From contig CM052816.1 of NCBI GenBank assembly GCA_028534125.1, positions 101,620,001-101,680,000 on the forward strand: 60,000 bases of DNA. The letters run 5' to 3'. Of this stretch, positions 1 to 11,690 are shown one piece after another. The notes beneath the pieces are model-generated. The model saw only the letters and a list, made by a program, of their open reading frames with translations. It had not been told where the DNA came from and ran no database searches. The position numbers and the translations under genes are program-made. The stretch is from Lama glama. Its lineage: Eukaryota. The stretch's first letter is position 1; each line of letters begins with the position of its first letter.

Positions 1-1989
1 AGGAGGATGCAGGCCATTGGGGACGCTGCTCCCTCGTGACACACAGGCCTCGGGGTGGGCACGGCTGCAGCAGGGAGCTCAGGTGTCAGCAGAGACCCAG
101 GCCTGGAGCCCACACCACCCGCCACACAGGAGACGCCCCGCCTGAGCGACTGTGGGTGGCAGGTGGGGTGGGCAGGGCTCTGTGTCATGTGTCATCCCAG
201 ACATGCCAGTGGGACATGCGTCTCCACAGCCTGGAGCCTGGGGCGGCACCTGCTGGGTGCCCGGTGCCAGCCTGGGAAGGCAGCGGTGTGTGGACCCTTG
301 GACCCTGATCCCAGCTCCTACTGCTGGTTTGGGTCTCAGTGTCCTTCTTGGTGGCAGGGGGGTGCCCGGCGTGTGTGCCGGGGACAGGGCCGGGGCAGGA
401 ATCGGGAAATGCCCCTCAGTGTCCATGTTGGACGCTGCACACGCGGGTCGTACAAGAGGATGACCGCCCCCAAACACCCAGAGGCAGTTTTGCTGACCTC
501 AGGTGCACCTGCCCCCAAGGCCCAGCCTGCCCGAGGCTCACAGGGGTCGGGGAGCTCAGGACGTGCTTTCCTGCTCAGAGCCACTGAATGCTAGGGTCAC
601 AGCTGCACATCGCGGCTCGGGCCCTCGGCAGCCAGGCCTGCGGTGGGAGCGGCCTCCTTCCAGGCTCCCAGCAGTGCTGTCACTGGGTCGCCGGGCTAGC
701 AGGGGAAGGCCAGGGAGGGGCGCCCGCGCAGCAGGGAGCTGGTGTCTGCCTGCTCCCAGGCCTGGCAGCAGGCACGTTACCCAGGCTGGGCTTCCCCACA
801 GCCTCCACCCTCACCCCTGCTGGCCTGGGGCTCCCCTTCCACACCGTTTCCTGCTCTCTGGACGGGTTGTCCGGGTCCCAGCTTCTGCTGGCTGGGGGAC
901 CTGAGAGTCAGCTCTCTCCGACTGCTGAAGTGGCAGGTTATCTATGGTGACCAGAGGGGCCCTGGCTCCATCCTGGGGTGTGTCGGCCAAAGTCCGGGGG
1001 CCTTTGTGGTGTTGGCCCTGGAGGCACAGGCGCGTGTCCTTGGAGGGCTGTGCTGACCCCCCACCCGGGCCCCCGGCACCCCTGGCTGCCTGCACTGTCC
1101 CCAGGTGACCTGCAGAGTGGCTGGCCCCAACCCCGCCTGCCCTGAGCTGGGCCTGGAGGTCTGGGGACAGGGCCTGGGAGGCACTGCTCACACGGCCTCG
1201 TGTGTGACCGGTGACCCCGTTACTGTGGGGCTGGCTTTCGGGCAGAACAGCAGCCTCCTGGCAGGGTGCTGGCTGCCCTGGCGCTGAGCTAGGAGAGGAG
1301 GGGGTTTGGTTGTGTGGACTCTGGAGAACAGGACCGCCCTGTGTCCAGAGAGCCGTGTGAAGTGACCGAGTGTCTCAGGGAAGAGACCGGCATTGTCACC
1401 CGAGAACTTCCCAGGCGCTGCTCTCAGCAGCGGGTGGCAGGTCCCCGAGTGAGAGCTCCCCGCCAGCCCGGACTGGCTCTGAGACCCTGCCTGGTGGCCA
1501 TGGCAGGGACATGTGGGGACACCGGGGCTGGCCAGGTGGAGTGGGTGGGTCAGGGTGCTGGGCCCACGTGTCCCCTCGATCTGAATGTGGCTTCTGACAG
1601 AGGCCCCATGGCCGTCTCCCCACCCCTCCCCGAGTGACTCACACTGGTGGCGCCTGGTGCCGCGGCGCCCCGCGAGGGCTGCGTGTTCTGGGCTGGTCAC
1701 CGGGCTGGCAGTCAGGCCGGGCATCCGTGAATAGAGACAGGAGCGTCTTTGACGACCCAGGACAAACAAACGGGACAGGGCCGCAGAGGGCCAGTGACCA
1801 GTGGGGCCTGACAGGTTCCCCGCCCACGGTGATGACTGAGCCACGCTGCCCGGGAGGGCCCGCCCTGGGACCCAGCCGGCCCGCACTGCTGAGGCTGGCC
1901 TTTGCCAGGCTCAGTGGGTCTGATGAGGCCTGCGGTCCTTGTGGGACAAGTGTCCCTCCCGACAGCCATCCAGGCCTATGGGCTCCGTC

Positions 1990-3085
1990 CCTGCTCCTCT
2001 CCCATGGGGCCTCCCTGCGGCCAGGTGGGCTGTGTCCCCCGCTACCTGACGTCGGCATGCCCCACGTCTCCAGACGTGTCCAGTGTGTGAGAGTGCCCGC
2101 GTGAGCTGGCGTCATACTGAGGTGTGTTCGTTGGTTCACGGCTGGTGGACACCTGGGCTGGTTCTGAGCTCTGGTGACAACAGAACACAAGCGACGGGGT
2201 GGGAACACGCACAGGGGCACGTGTGAACTCGCTCTCACTCCTCTTGACTGCGACTGGTCGGGTCACAGGGCCGGGCGTGCGCACGACCTTTGTAAGAAAC
2301 TGCCAAGTGCCTTCCCAGTGGACGCCACGTCGTGGCTCCGGGGCCCGGCCCGCAGCCTCCACACCGGGGTTGTCATTTACCCCCGGGCTCCTCCCTTGCC
2401 CGCGGCTTTAGCCCGATCTCCCTGACAACAGGGACGCGGAGCCCTCCACGTGCCGGCCGCACCCACAGGTCTCCTCTGACGAAGTGTCAGGCCTGGACCC
2501 TTCCCCAGCCTGCAGGCGGGTTTTCCTCACTGTCGGGTGTGAGAGTTCCATGCTTACTTCAGACAAGAGCCCTCGGCGGGGCGCTCCTCCGTCTGTGGCT
2601 TGTCTGTTACTTCTCCTAACAGTTGTCTTCTGAAGCGCACAGTCCTAAAAACTCAGGTCAAGTCCAATTCATGTTTTTTCTTTCATGGACTGTTTTTTGG
2701 TGTCACTTCTAAGAAATGTCTGCCTAAGCCAAGGTCACCAAGGCTCTCCCAGGTGTCCTTCCGGAAGTTCCAGTTTGGTCCCACACTGCGCGCAGGGCCG
2801 TGGCCACGTGGTGCTAGTCACACGCGGCGCAAGGCACAGACAAGCCCTTTCCTCACGCGGCTGCTGTGGCCTCATCTGGTGAAGAGCCGGCCCCCACCCC
2901 CTGCTTCTGCACCTTTGTGGAAAACCCGGACGTGGGCCCGTTTCTGACCGTCCTGTCGCCAGCCTGCGGGCTGTCCTGCGGCTTTGCAGACTCTCGAGGT
3001 GCCTCCATCCCCTGGCTGTTGCGGGCCCTCTGGGCACCGGCGCCGGGCTGTCCTCCAGTCCTTGGCTCCTGTGGGCAGTCCTTCA
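1990..3085 (-). mobile_element. Old LINE-1 (L1M-type) 3' fragment in TPPP intron, strongly GC-shifted
   Basis: Residual L1 blocks: ggtggacacctgggctggttc, tttgtaagaaactgccaag, ttttttggtgtcacttctaagaaatgtctgcctaagccaaggtcac, gcacctttgtggaaaa. Confidence 0.7.
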
Positions 3086-3848
3086 ATAACGGTTCCGACC
3101 CAGTGTCCCTGGGGGGCCTCCCCACACCTTCACTTCCTGTAAAACTGTGAAATCCTCACTGAATGGATTAGCTGGGGAAGATCTGGTCAAAGTGGCAAAA
3201 CTTTTCCAGTTAAAATGATCAGATATGAAGAGCCAGTGTAGAGCTGTTTTGAAATTGTGGGGCTGACTTACCAGGGTTCTGGGCGGCCACAGACCATGTT
3301 TGGGTGAGCGCTGCTCCCGTGGGCTGGCGCCGGTCGCCCCAGCGGCGTTAGCGGTGGGGCAGCGAGTCCCGGGGAGGTTGGCCCCCATCCTGTTCCTGTG
3401 TGGTGACTGGGCCCCCACCCACGGGTGACCCCTGCACAGGCCGGTGGCCCCTGTGTGGTTGGAGTCTGACGAGCTTCTCACCGACTTTCCCTCTGGATGT
3501 CCGTCTCTGACCGAGGCCACACACACCTGTCTTAGAACCAAACGAGGGTGTTCAGTCATTTGTAAAGGACATGCTTCCTTTAGGCTTTTTTCCAAGACAG
3601 TTTGTATTTGCTGCCGCTGCCGCTGGTGACCGGCTGTTGGGCGTAATCGCTAGACAGGGGCGGGGAGGGGCGGGCGTGCTCTCGGCTGCAGGAGGGGCAG
3701 GGTGGGGTCCCCCAAAGCCACCAGGTCCCGAGTGGAGGGTGCCCCAGGTTGCCGGGTGGTCGGGTCGCGGCCCAGCGACTGCTGGCGCCTTTTCACCGTT
3801 GGGGGGGTGTGGGCCTGGCAGGCGCCCCCTGAGCCCCTCTCCCTGCAG

Positions 3849-4002
3849 GGGTAAGTCCTGCCGGACCATCACGTTCGAGCAGTTCAAGGAGGCGCTGGAG
3901 GAGCTCGCCAAGAAGAGATTCAAAGACAAGAGCAGCGAGGAGGCCATCCGCGAGGTGCACCGGCTCATCGAGGGCAAGGCCCCCGTCATCTCGGGGGTGA
4001 CG
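3849..4002 (+). CDS. TPPP: TPPP (tubulin polymerization-promoting protein, p25alpha), penultimate coding exon
   Basis: Acceptor ccctgcag|G, donor ACG|gtgagt; 154 nt encoding (K)[51 protein letters not shown], the p25-alpha domain. The exon with the start codon is not in the window. Confidence 0.97.
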
Positions 4003-4122
4003 GTGAGTGCAGTGGGTGCAGGCAGGTCCAGGGACGGAGGGCAGAAGCGTGGGCCATGGCGGGGCCCTTGGGCTGACTCTCCCTGTGGCTCCACCAACCG
4101 CTCCCACCCTGCTCTCTTGCAG

Positions 4123-4317
4123 AAAGCCATCTCCTCGCCCACCGTGTCGCGGCTCACGGACACCACCAAGTTCACGGGCTCCCACAAGGAGCGCTTCGAC
4201 CCATCTGGCAGGGGCAAGGGCAGGGCGGGCCGCGTGGACCTGGTGGACGAGTCGGGCTACGTGCCGGGCTACAAGCACGCGGGCACCTACGACCAGAAGG
4301 TGCAGGGGGGCAAGTAG
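4123..4317 (+). CDS. TPPP: TPPP last coding exon
   Basis: Acceptor ctctcttgcag|AAA; encodes [64 protein letters not shown], with TAG at 4315-4317. Confidence 0.97.
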   Translation, partial: KAISSPTVSRLTDTTKFTGSHKERFDPSGRGKGRAGRVDLVDESGYVPGYKHAGTYDQKVQGGK

Positions 4318-4351
4318 CCGGCGGGGCCTCCCCGCCGCCCGGTCCCCGCAG

Positions 4352-4372
4352 CCTCTCACTTCGTTACATTCC
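4352..4372 (+). promoter_or_regulatory. miR-1/miR-206 target site (7mer-m8 plus extensive 3' pairing)
   Basis: ACATTCC at 4366-4372 inside CCTCTCACTTCGTTACATTCC, complementary to miR-206 UGGAAUGUAAGGAAGUGUGUGG (recalled). Confidence 0.75.
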
Positions 4373-4742
4373 TGTGCTCTCGGGCAGGACGTGGACGTGG
4401 GGCGCCAGCCCTCCCTCCTGCCCAGACCCCAGCTTTCCTCGACCCCAGCACTCACCTCTTCTCACACACCTGCCTCGTCCCTGCTGGGAAGTGGACAGAC
4501 GGCCCTTTCCCAAGTGTGTCCCAGGGCCAGCCTGCACCAGCCATCTGGTGTGCAGGCAAAAGGGGCGTCTTCACAGAGCTGGTGGGACAGACCCGGTTGA
4601 GGCTGTGCTGACCTGCTGACCCGGGGCCGTGAGGGCAGCCGGGCCAGCGCACTAGCCGGCAGCACCAGCAAAGCGGAGGGAAACCTGAACAGGACGCCGC
4701 CGTGTCTGGGGGGGTCCCGTGCAGGTGGGGGGGGCTGGGCAC

Positions 4743-4808
4743 GCCGGCACACGCTTGCACACCCACGCACACATGTGCACACACACACACAGGCGCACAC
4801 ACCCACAG
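4743..4808 (+). repeat. Degenerate (CA)n microsatellite in TPPP 3'UTR
   Basis: gcacacgcttgcacacccacgcacacatgtgcacacacacacacaggcgcacacacccacag. Confidence 0.75.
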
Positions 4809-7692
4809 ACCAGGCCTGAGCCGAGCCAGATGACCAGTCAACGAAGGGGACTCGAAGTGTGAAGTTACAAGGTTTTAAAACAGAAACCTGGGGCAGTTCA
4901 TTTCATTTCGCTTTTCTGAGAAAGAATAAGAAACGGTGACTGCGTGTTTATCGTCAGAATGGCTCAGGGAGGACTCGGAAGACCCATCTCTGTGACCAGC
5001 TCTCCCAGGCAGGGCAGGCGGACGCGCTGGACTCTGGGCCTGAGTGAGGCTGCAGGTCACCTGGCTGCTGCCTCCCTCCTCCTCCCGCTGCCGCAGCCCT
5101 TCCAGCCTCTTTGGAGTCTCCTGAGGGGCCTTGTCCCTCCTCTCCAGCCCCGAGCGCAGAAACCGCCTGGTGAAACCAGGCCAGGGAAGGGCCCAAGGCC
5201 GGGCACGTCTGTGGAGTCTGGTTTCTCCGAGAGGCCAGAGGCTACAGTGGCCCCTCGGCGACGTGCCCATTTGTGTGAACATGGCCACAGCCTGGCCTGT
5301 GACCCGCTGGGCCCTGTGGTCCTGGGAAACGCCCAGGGTGGCAGGCTGTTGAGGGGCACCGCCTTCCCTGGCCGCTCCCGGGGATGGTGGTGCCTGCGCG
5401 GGCCGCTCTGTCCCGAGGCTCTGGGGCTCCACGGCACGTGGCACCAAAACCCAGGGAAGGACGGGGTAGCAAGCTTGCTGCGTCACTTCGAGGGCGTGAA
5501 TCACTCTTGTCTGGGCAGTTCCTAACCTGGGGACACTAAGGTGCCCGGCTAGTCCCCCCCACAGCCGGGAAGCAGGCCCCAGGGCTGGGGCAAGGCAGCT
5601 GGGATGCTGGCCCCCACCTGGCTCTTCGCTCCTCCCCTGGAGACCAGAGTAATGTATGAATGCGTCTGAAGACGACCCCGAAGCTGTGGAGTGTTTGGAC
5701 AGTGAGCTGACCACGCGCCGGCCAGTTCCTCATCCGTGGTCTTGGAGAGGGCTTCTCCCTGGGGCCCGATCATCTGCCCAGAGGCTGCGAGTCTCCTGGT
5801 CCAAGGCTGCTTTACTCCCCTGCCTGCCCAGCAGCGCGGCCCCACCGTCACAGCCGTCCCAGAGCAGGACACGAGTCCAGCCCTCGGTCCCAAGCCGCGC
5901 ACGCCCACAAGGGCAGGGAGTGGCCCCACGCTGCTGCTCAGGGAGGGCTGTTGCCTCCTCAGCCCTTCTAGCCGGGCGGGGACCGGCCTGCCAGGAAGCG
6001 CGTGCAAATTGGAGCCTAAGCGAAAGAAAGGAGGCAAGCAGTGTCCGGGGGACGCATCCTCGCACGGTCCACCCACACCGCCCGTGCAGGCTGGAACGAG
6101 CTCTGGGACGCGTCACTGCTGGCGGTCACCACAGCACCTCCCCTGCGGTTTGAGAAGGAAGCCGGGTGCACACAGCGGCCCCCAAGACATCTCCATCCCT
6201 GCCCTGCGCTGGCGGCCCCTGGGGCTGGGGCGCCTTCCCAGGCTTCCTTCTCAGTCGAAGTGTCGCTCTGGGAACACCGTCCCGTCAGGGCAGGAGGCTG
6301 CCCGTCGCGGTCTCTGTACTCAGCCTCACGGGGCTCCCCGGGCTCAGGTGCCGCAGCCGTACGGGCGGGCAGCTGTGCGTCTTCGCTGCATGTTTCTGTG
6401 CCCCATCCCCAAGCTTCTACTAACCCACCCAGTCAACTAGAAATGAGACATCTGCCGTGAGGACAGGAACCGCACAGCAGGCTGGCCGGGGAGCAGGCGC
6501 AGTGCAGCCAGGCCAGGAGAGCGGGAGAGGTCTGAGTGCACCACCCCCACGACACCGAGTCATCCTGTTGGCACTGTAGGACTCCAGGCAGGGGTTAGCT
6601 CACCAGAGCGGAAGTTCAAGCTGTGTAAGTTTAGAACACTATAGGAAGAGCTCTATATTTATACTGGAGTATTTTTACACCTCGAAGACCCTCAGCCTTA
6701 AGGTTTGAGGCAGGTGCCATGGAGTCAGGCAGAGGCACACAGGGGTGCCCGCCTGTGCTGCCCACGCCCACGGCTGGGCGCTCGGGGCAGGCCGGGCGGC
6801 CCCCTGAAGCACCAAGCGGACAGAGGCTCACAGCCCCGAACGTGGGCCTGCTCAGTCCCCGGCCGTCATAACCACTGAACGCCCCCCCCACCCCCGGCAC
6901 TTCATCGCCTGGGGCTGCTTCTGCAGCTCTGTTGGCCATGGGGAGGGGGTAAGTCACAGGCGCCTCGGCCCACGAAACCTAAAACCTAAGGCACAGACAC
7001 CACCTGGCCCTTCGCAAGGAAGCCGGCTGGTGCTGGCCAGCCCCGAGGACCCAGCCAGTCACTTCCTCCTGCACAAGCTGGCACACCCTGTCCTGCAGCA
7101 CATGCAGGCGGGAACCCGTCATCCCCTGTTCCGTACGGCGCAGGCTGACAATTCAGCTGTACTGTGAAGTCACAAGGCTAGAACGTCCCTTCAGGTCTGA
7201 CCCTGAGTAGCTTCCCTCACTGCTCTACTACTGAACACTGAAATCCCATGGTTCAGGGGTGTGGCCTTGGCCCGTGGGCATGTGGCTGGCGGTGGCCCCA
7301 GACGGTGGTCGCCCTGCACCAACTCTTCCCCAAGCCAAGCCAAACGATGTTAACGCATGTAACCCCGACCTGAGAGGGATCCTGTGCTACTTGTTTGTGC
7401 TCAGTTTTTCAGGAAAGGGAAATAATGTGTGTATAGACATGCGATCTATTTTTGCACTGTTCTCTTACTGTTCGGGAGCGACGAGGGCATCGCTCCGTGT
7501 TGATGTCGGGCTGCTGTGCCCCAGACCCACTCTCACCGGGAACCCTGGGGGCATCTGTGGGGCCACGGCAAAGGGTCACCTGTTCAGAGCCGCTGCCCAG
7601 GCCTGGCTGGCGAACCTGCAGTCAAACAGCTCGTGTCTCTCCACCCCTCGTGTGCCCCGTGATTAACACTGTGCCAGCCTGGTCAAGTGACA

Positions 7693-7698
7693 AATAAA
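7693..7698 (+). terminator. Candidate proximal poly(A) signal of TPPP (AATAAA)
   Basis: caAATAAAggtgttgaatcgtgggtctgctgt, with GU-rich sequence downstream. Confidence 0.5.
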
Positions 7699-8561
7699 GG
7701 TGTTGAATCGTGGGTCTGCTGTCCTCCAAAAGCACTGTGTGCCTGGGCCGCCGCATGGGCTCCACGTTAACACGGACGTGCCCAGCAGAGGGGGAGGCCT
7801 GGAGTGGGGTCTGGACGTGAACCACGCCCCAAACACCCACTACAGCCCCAAAGACAGGAATGACGCCAACAGACATGACCAGGACGAGGGCGTCTTTCAG
7901 ACCGTAACAGGGCAGTTTCATCCAGAGGCTGAGGAAGGAAATGCTAAGTGCAGCAGGTGATGACAGATGGGAAGTCTGAGATGTGAATAGGAGAGTGGTG
8001 CAAACAGTGAACGGTAGATAACAAACAGGGACAACCGTTCACCTAAACAACACCTTTCGCTGCAGCACGTGAAAACCACCGCGTCAGCCAGAAGGGCTGC
8101 CCGGGGCCTCGTGCTCGTGTGGGGCACGGTCTCAGGAGGTGCACGTGCCGGGACAGGACAGGTGCGAAGGTGACACCAGGAACCGGGCTCTCACACTCAG
8201 GCTTGCAGAGGTGAAAACACGGATGACGGAAAATAGTTAAAAGTGGCAACAACAGAGAGAAAAAACACAGAAGCAGAACAAACAGCACAAAATAAGACGG
8301 CAGATTTGAACCAAAGTGTACCAATTACATGAGCTGATAAAAGCGAGAGACCAGCCCGACGGGGAAGAAGACCGGAGAGCGAGCTGGGCCCCGCGGTGCT
8401 GGGCGGGGAGGGTTGGGGCCGGCACCGTCCCTGAGGATGCGGGAGGGACCTGGGCCTGCCCACTCAGCAGCAGGCAAGGGTCCCAGCTCCAGGGCCGAGG
8501 CAGAGCCTGACACCCCCCTCCACGTCCCTGCCACAGGGACACACCTGCAAATGCTGGAGCC

Positions 8562-8567
8562 ATTAAA
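8562..8567 (+). terminator. Candidate distal poly(A) signal of TPPP (ATTAAA)
   Basis: ccATTAAAgcactactgaaagattgagtgttgtg, with a GU-rich element downstream. Confidence 0.5.
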
Positions 8568-9744
8568 GCACTACTGAAAGATTGAGTGTTGTGCCAAACA
8601 TCTGAAAATTAGGCATTGTGAACAAACTCCTAGAGACACAGAACTCCAGGAGGACTGGGGAGGCCGCACAGTCCTCACCGCTGAGGAACTGCCAACCTCG
8701 GCCGAGAAGCCCAAACCCATGGGCAACGGCGCCGACGACTCGCTCGGAGTCCAGGGGTCAGCAGGGCCTGTGACCAGCCGCAGGCTGCTGGCAAAGGGAG
8801 TTTCTGGACGGCCACCAGCTCTTCCCTCCTGCCTCCCTCGTAGCTGGAGGTCAGAACCCGTCACACGGCCTGAGCCAGCTGTCGAGAGGACGCAGACGGT
8901 CCCTGAGAACGTCCTCCCAGAACCACTACTCAACTGACTCAAGTCAGAAGTCAAACTCCAGGCCCAGGTGACTTCCTGAGATGCCCCACCCAACACTCAG
9001 GGAAGGGACAGTTAGGACCTTTCAGATTCTCCGAGGGAGCAGAGGGATAGGGAGTGTGATGGCACGAACCTGACCAGAGCAGCATCAGTGGTGGATCCTG
9101 GGCCCGCGACCCTGGAGACACAGCCTTGAGCTCCTCCCCAGAGCCAACACGTCCCGGGACTGCCCGGTCACAAGCCACCCGACCCTCACTGCGGCCTGGG
9201 AGCAGGCCCTCCAGCAAGGAGGCAGGGAGCGGCACACCTGGGACACAGGACCCTGCACAAGGCGCCCCCAAACCAGGTGCAGCAGCACGTCTGCAAGGAG
9301 AGCTCCATCCTCACTGAGTGGTGCCTGCCCCAGAGATGTGCTGGGATTAGCCCCATGAACAGAATGAAGGAGAAGAGCCAAACAGTCATCTCAGTAGTGG
9401 CAGAAGAGTGTCCATTCACAGGTGACAAGTTCTCAGCAAATTCACAACTGAAGGGTGAAGGCCGTCCGCAGGAAACCTACTGCAAATTCAGTGCTGAGAG
9501 ACTGGACGCTCCCCTTTGGTTTCACACCCAGAATAAGACAGACACCTACTCTGTCACCACCTATAATCCACGATGGTGCCGCAGGCGCCCGCCAGCGCGG
9601 AAAAGCAAAACTCAGAACAAAACGAAAAGAGAAGATAAACCCCCAGAGTAAAGGGCTGCACAGAAAGCATCACTCACAGGGAACACGACCTCCTAGAAAG
9701 GCCCGTGTAGCTCCAGGCGAAGTATTAAGACTGAGAGTTTAACA

Positions 9745-10640
9745 GGACTGCAGCATACAAAATCAACATACAAAAGTTCAATTATATTTCCAAATAAAAG
9801 CAACCAATAATTAGAAATGTGAATTATTAGGAACAAACAGAAAAACAAAATCCAAACAATTTTTTAAAATGTATCTTTTAGAAACGGCATCACAAAATAA
9901 GGAAAACCCGGGAACAGATACGAAAGGTACCCGGGCCCCCGTGGAGATGATGATAAAGCTGCAACCCGTGGGCAAAAGGAGACCCAACACGTGGAACAGA
10001 CCCGCCGTCACGCCGCGTGCAACCCCGCTAAGTCAGGTCCCCCCGAACTGACCGACGCGGTCTCCAGCAAAACCCCACCTTGGCCGGCTGATTCTGAAGT
10101 TTACGAAATGCAAAGGGTCGAAAACAGCCAAACATCCTGACATGGGGTGGGAGGCTCGAGCCGCAGAGGGTGGCCCTGCAGAGACGGACAGGGACGCACG
10201 CCATCTCTGACAACAGAGGCTCATCAGTGAAGGGGGAGGTCACGGGGCAGAGCCCTCACAACACGCACAGGAGTCAAGTCCAGCAGACTGTGCACCCAAA
10301 ACTCGAAGAAGACAAAACTAAAGTCTTTCTGAAGACAACATGGCAGAATACCTGATGACCACAAACAGAAAGATCTTCAAAAATTCAGGCTAAAACTCTT
10401 TAGTAATCGTGGAAAAGACTGATACACTATTATTAAAATCAAAATTTTCTCTTCATCAAGACACGATTAAAATGTGAAGACGAGGAAAGCTCTTTGCAAA
10501 TGTAATCCACAAAGCCCTAGTATTCAGCATTATAAGTAGCTCTGCAAACAAGGACGGAACAGCATCCACGGGGGAAACGGGAAAAGCGGAAGAGGAGCCT
10601 GGGAAACCCAGGCGGACGACACACTGAGCAGGTGCTCAGC
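9745..10640 (+). mobile_element. Degraded L1M ORF2 3' fragment (intergenic)
   Basis: atacaaaatcaacatacaaaagttcaattatattt; gctgattctgaagtttacgaaatgcaaaggg; aaaaattttctcttcatcaagacacgattaa. Confidence 0.6.
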
Positions 10641-10789
10641 CCTAGGCCACAAGGGGCAGGTGCCTCTGGATGAAAAACGCGACCCTCAGTGCTGGAAGCG
10701 CAGACAGCGGGTAACTCCACGTACCCGCTCCCACGTACCTGCCAGTGGGAGGGTTAGCTGGTATCACCGCTTTGCAGATGACTTGAAGT

Positions 10790-11200
10790 TACCTGTAGTA
10801 AAGACGTTAGGAATACAATTAAGAAGTGAAATGAAACACGAACATTATGGGAAATAAAAGCTGACAGAAAAGCAGCAAACATCACTTTGGAACCAAGGGA
10901 CGTATCATTTCTGAAATTAAAGGTCACTGCACAGGCCCAGCTGCAGAGCAGGTGTGTGGAGCAAAGACCAGTCAACTCCAGCAGGGCGACAAGAGGCAGC
11001 CCGACCCGAAGCGCCACGAGAACCAAGGGGACAAGACCCAGTTCAGGGCGGGGACCAGTCCTGGGGTCCTGGGGGAGCAGGAAGACTGGGTCACGTAAGA
11101 AATACAAAGAAATGGTGGCCAGAACTTTTCCACATTTGATGAAAAACAGAAACTCGGGCCCAAGAAGCTCAACAAAACCCAAATGAGAAACAAACAGCTA
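10790..11200 (+). mobile_element. Degraded L1M ORF1 fragment
   Basis: aaagaaatggtggccagaacttttccacatttgatgaaaaac...caagaagctcaacaaaacccaaa, a typical ORF1 motif. Confidence 0.6.
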
Positions 11201-11690
11201 CGTTTCTATGAACTTAAAAGGGATTAATACGGAACTCTGCAAGGTAAAAAAAAATCTGATGATGAAAAAACCCACCCCCACCACCTCCTCCCACCCCCAC
11301 CCCCGCCACAACTGGGATGACACTTCCCCGCAAAGTTACAAAAACATCGCCATGACTGAGGTGACCAGCAGGGACACCAGGGAGGCCAGGGACCCCACCC
11401 CCCACCGGCCTCCAGAGCACCCTCATCCAGCGGCCTGCTCCCGAAACCCACTGCCCGGTGAGGACGTAACTTAAGAAATGCACCGCGAAGAAGAGAGGGG
11501 CGGGGCTGGGCACACAGCCCTCTCGGGGACGCTGACGCCACCCACAGTCTTCTGCACAACCGGCTACTCCTCATCACGTCTCGGGACTCAGAGCCCCTGC
11601 TCACCAGCCACGGTGCTCAGCGCACGTTGGAGAAGAATTCCACCAGACACTCGGGCACAATGAAGGAGCTGCCCTTTCAGGACGTGTTAG

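Larger units (their letters stand above)
4318..8590 (+). other. TPPP: TPPP long 3'UTR (3' end approximate)
   Basis: Follows the stop codon; little recognisable repeat content, with AT-rich islands at ~4860-4950, ~6620-6700 and ~7340-7470; candidate poly(A) signals at 7693 and 8562. Confidence 0.6.

Noticed and set aside
3571..3848. N-terminal part of the 248-aa ORF as a novel TPPP start
   Set aside because: It begins at a non-ATG codon in intronic DNA, and p25 similarity starts exactly at the AG acceptor at 3848
4198..4240. [10 protein letters not shown] versus human SGKGKGKAGR in the TPPP glycine motif
   Set aside because: Conservative K->R changes that I recall also occur in cattle, so not novel
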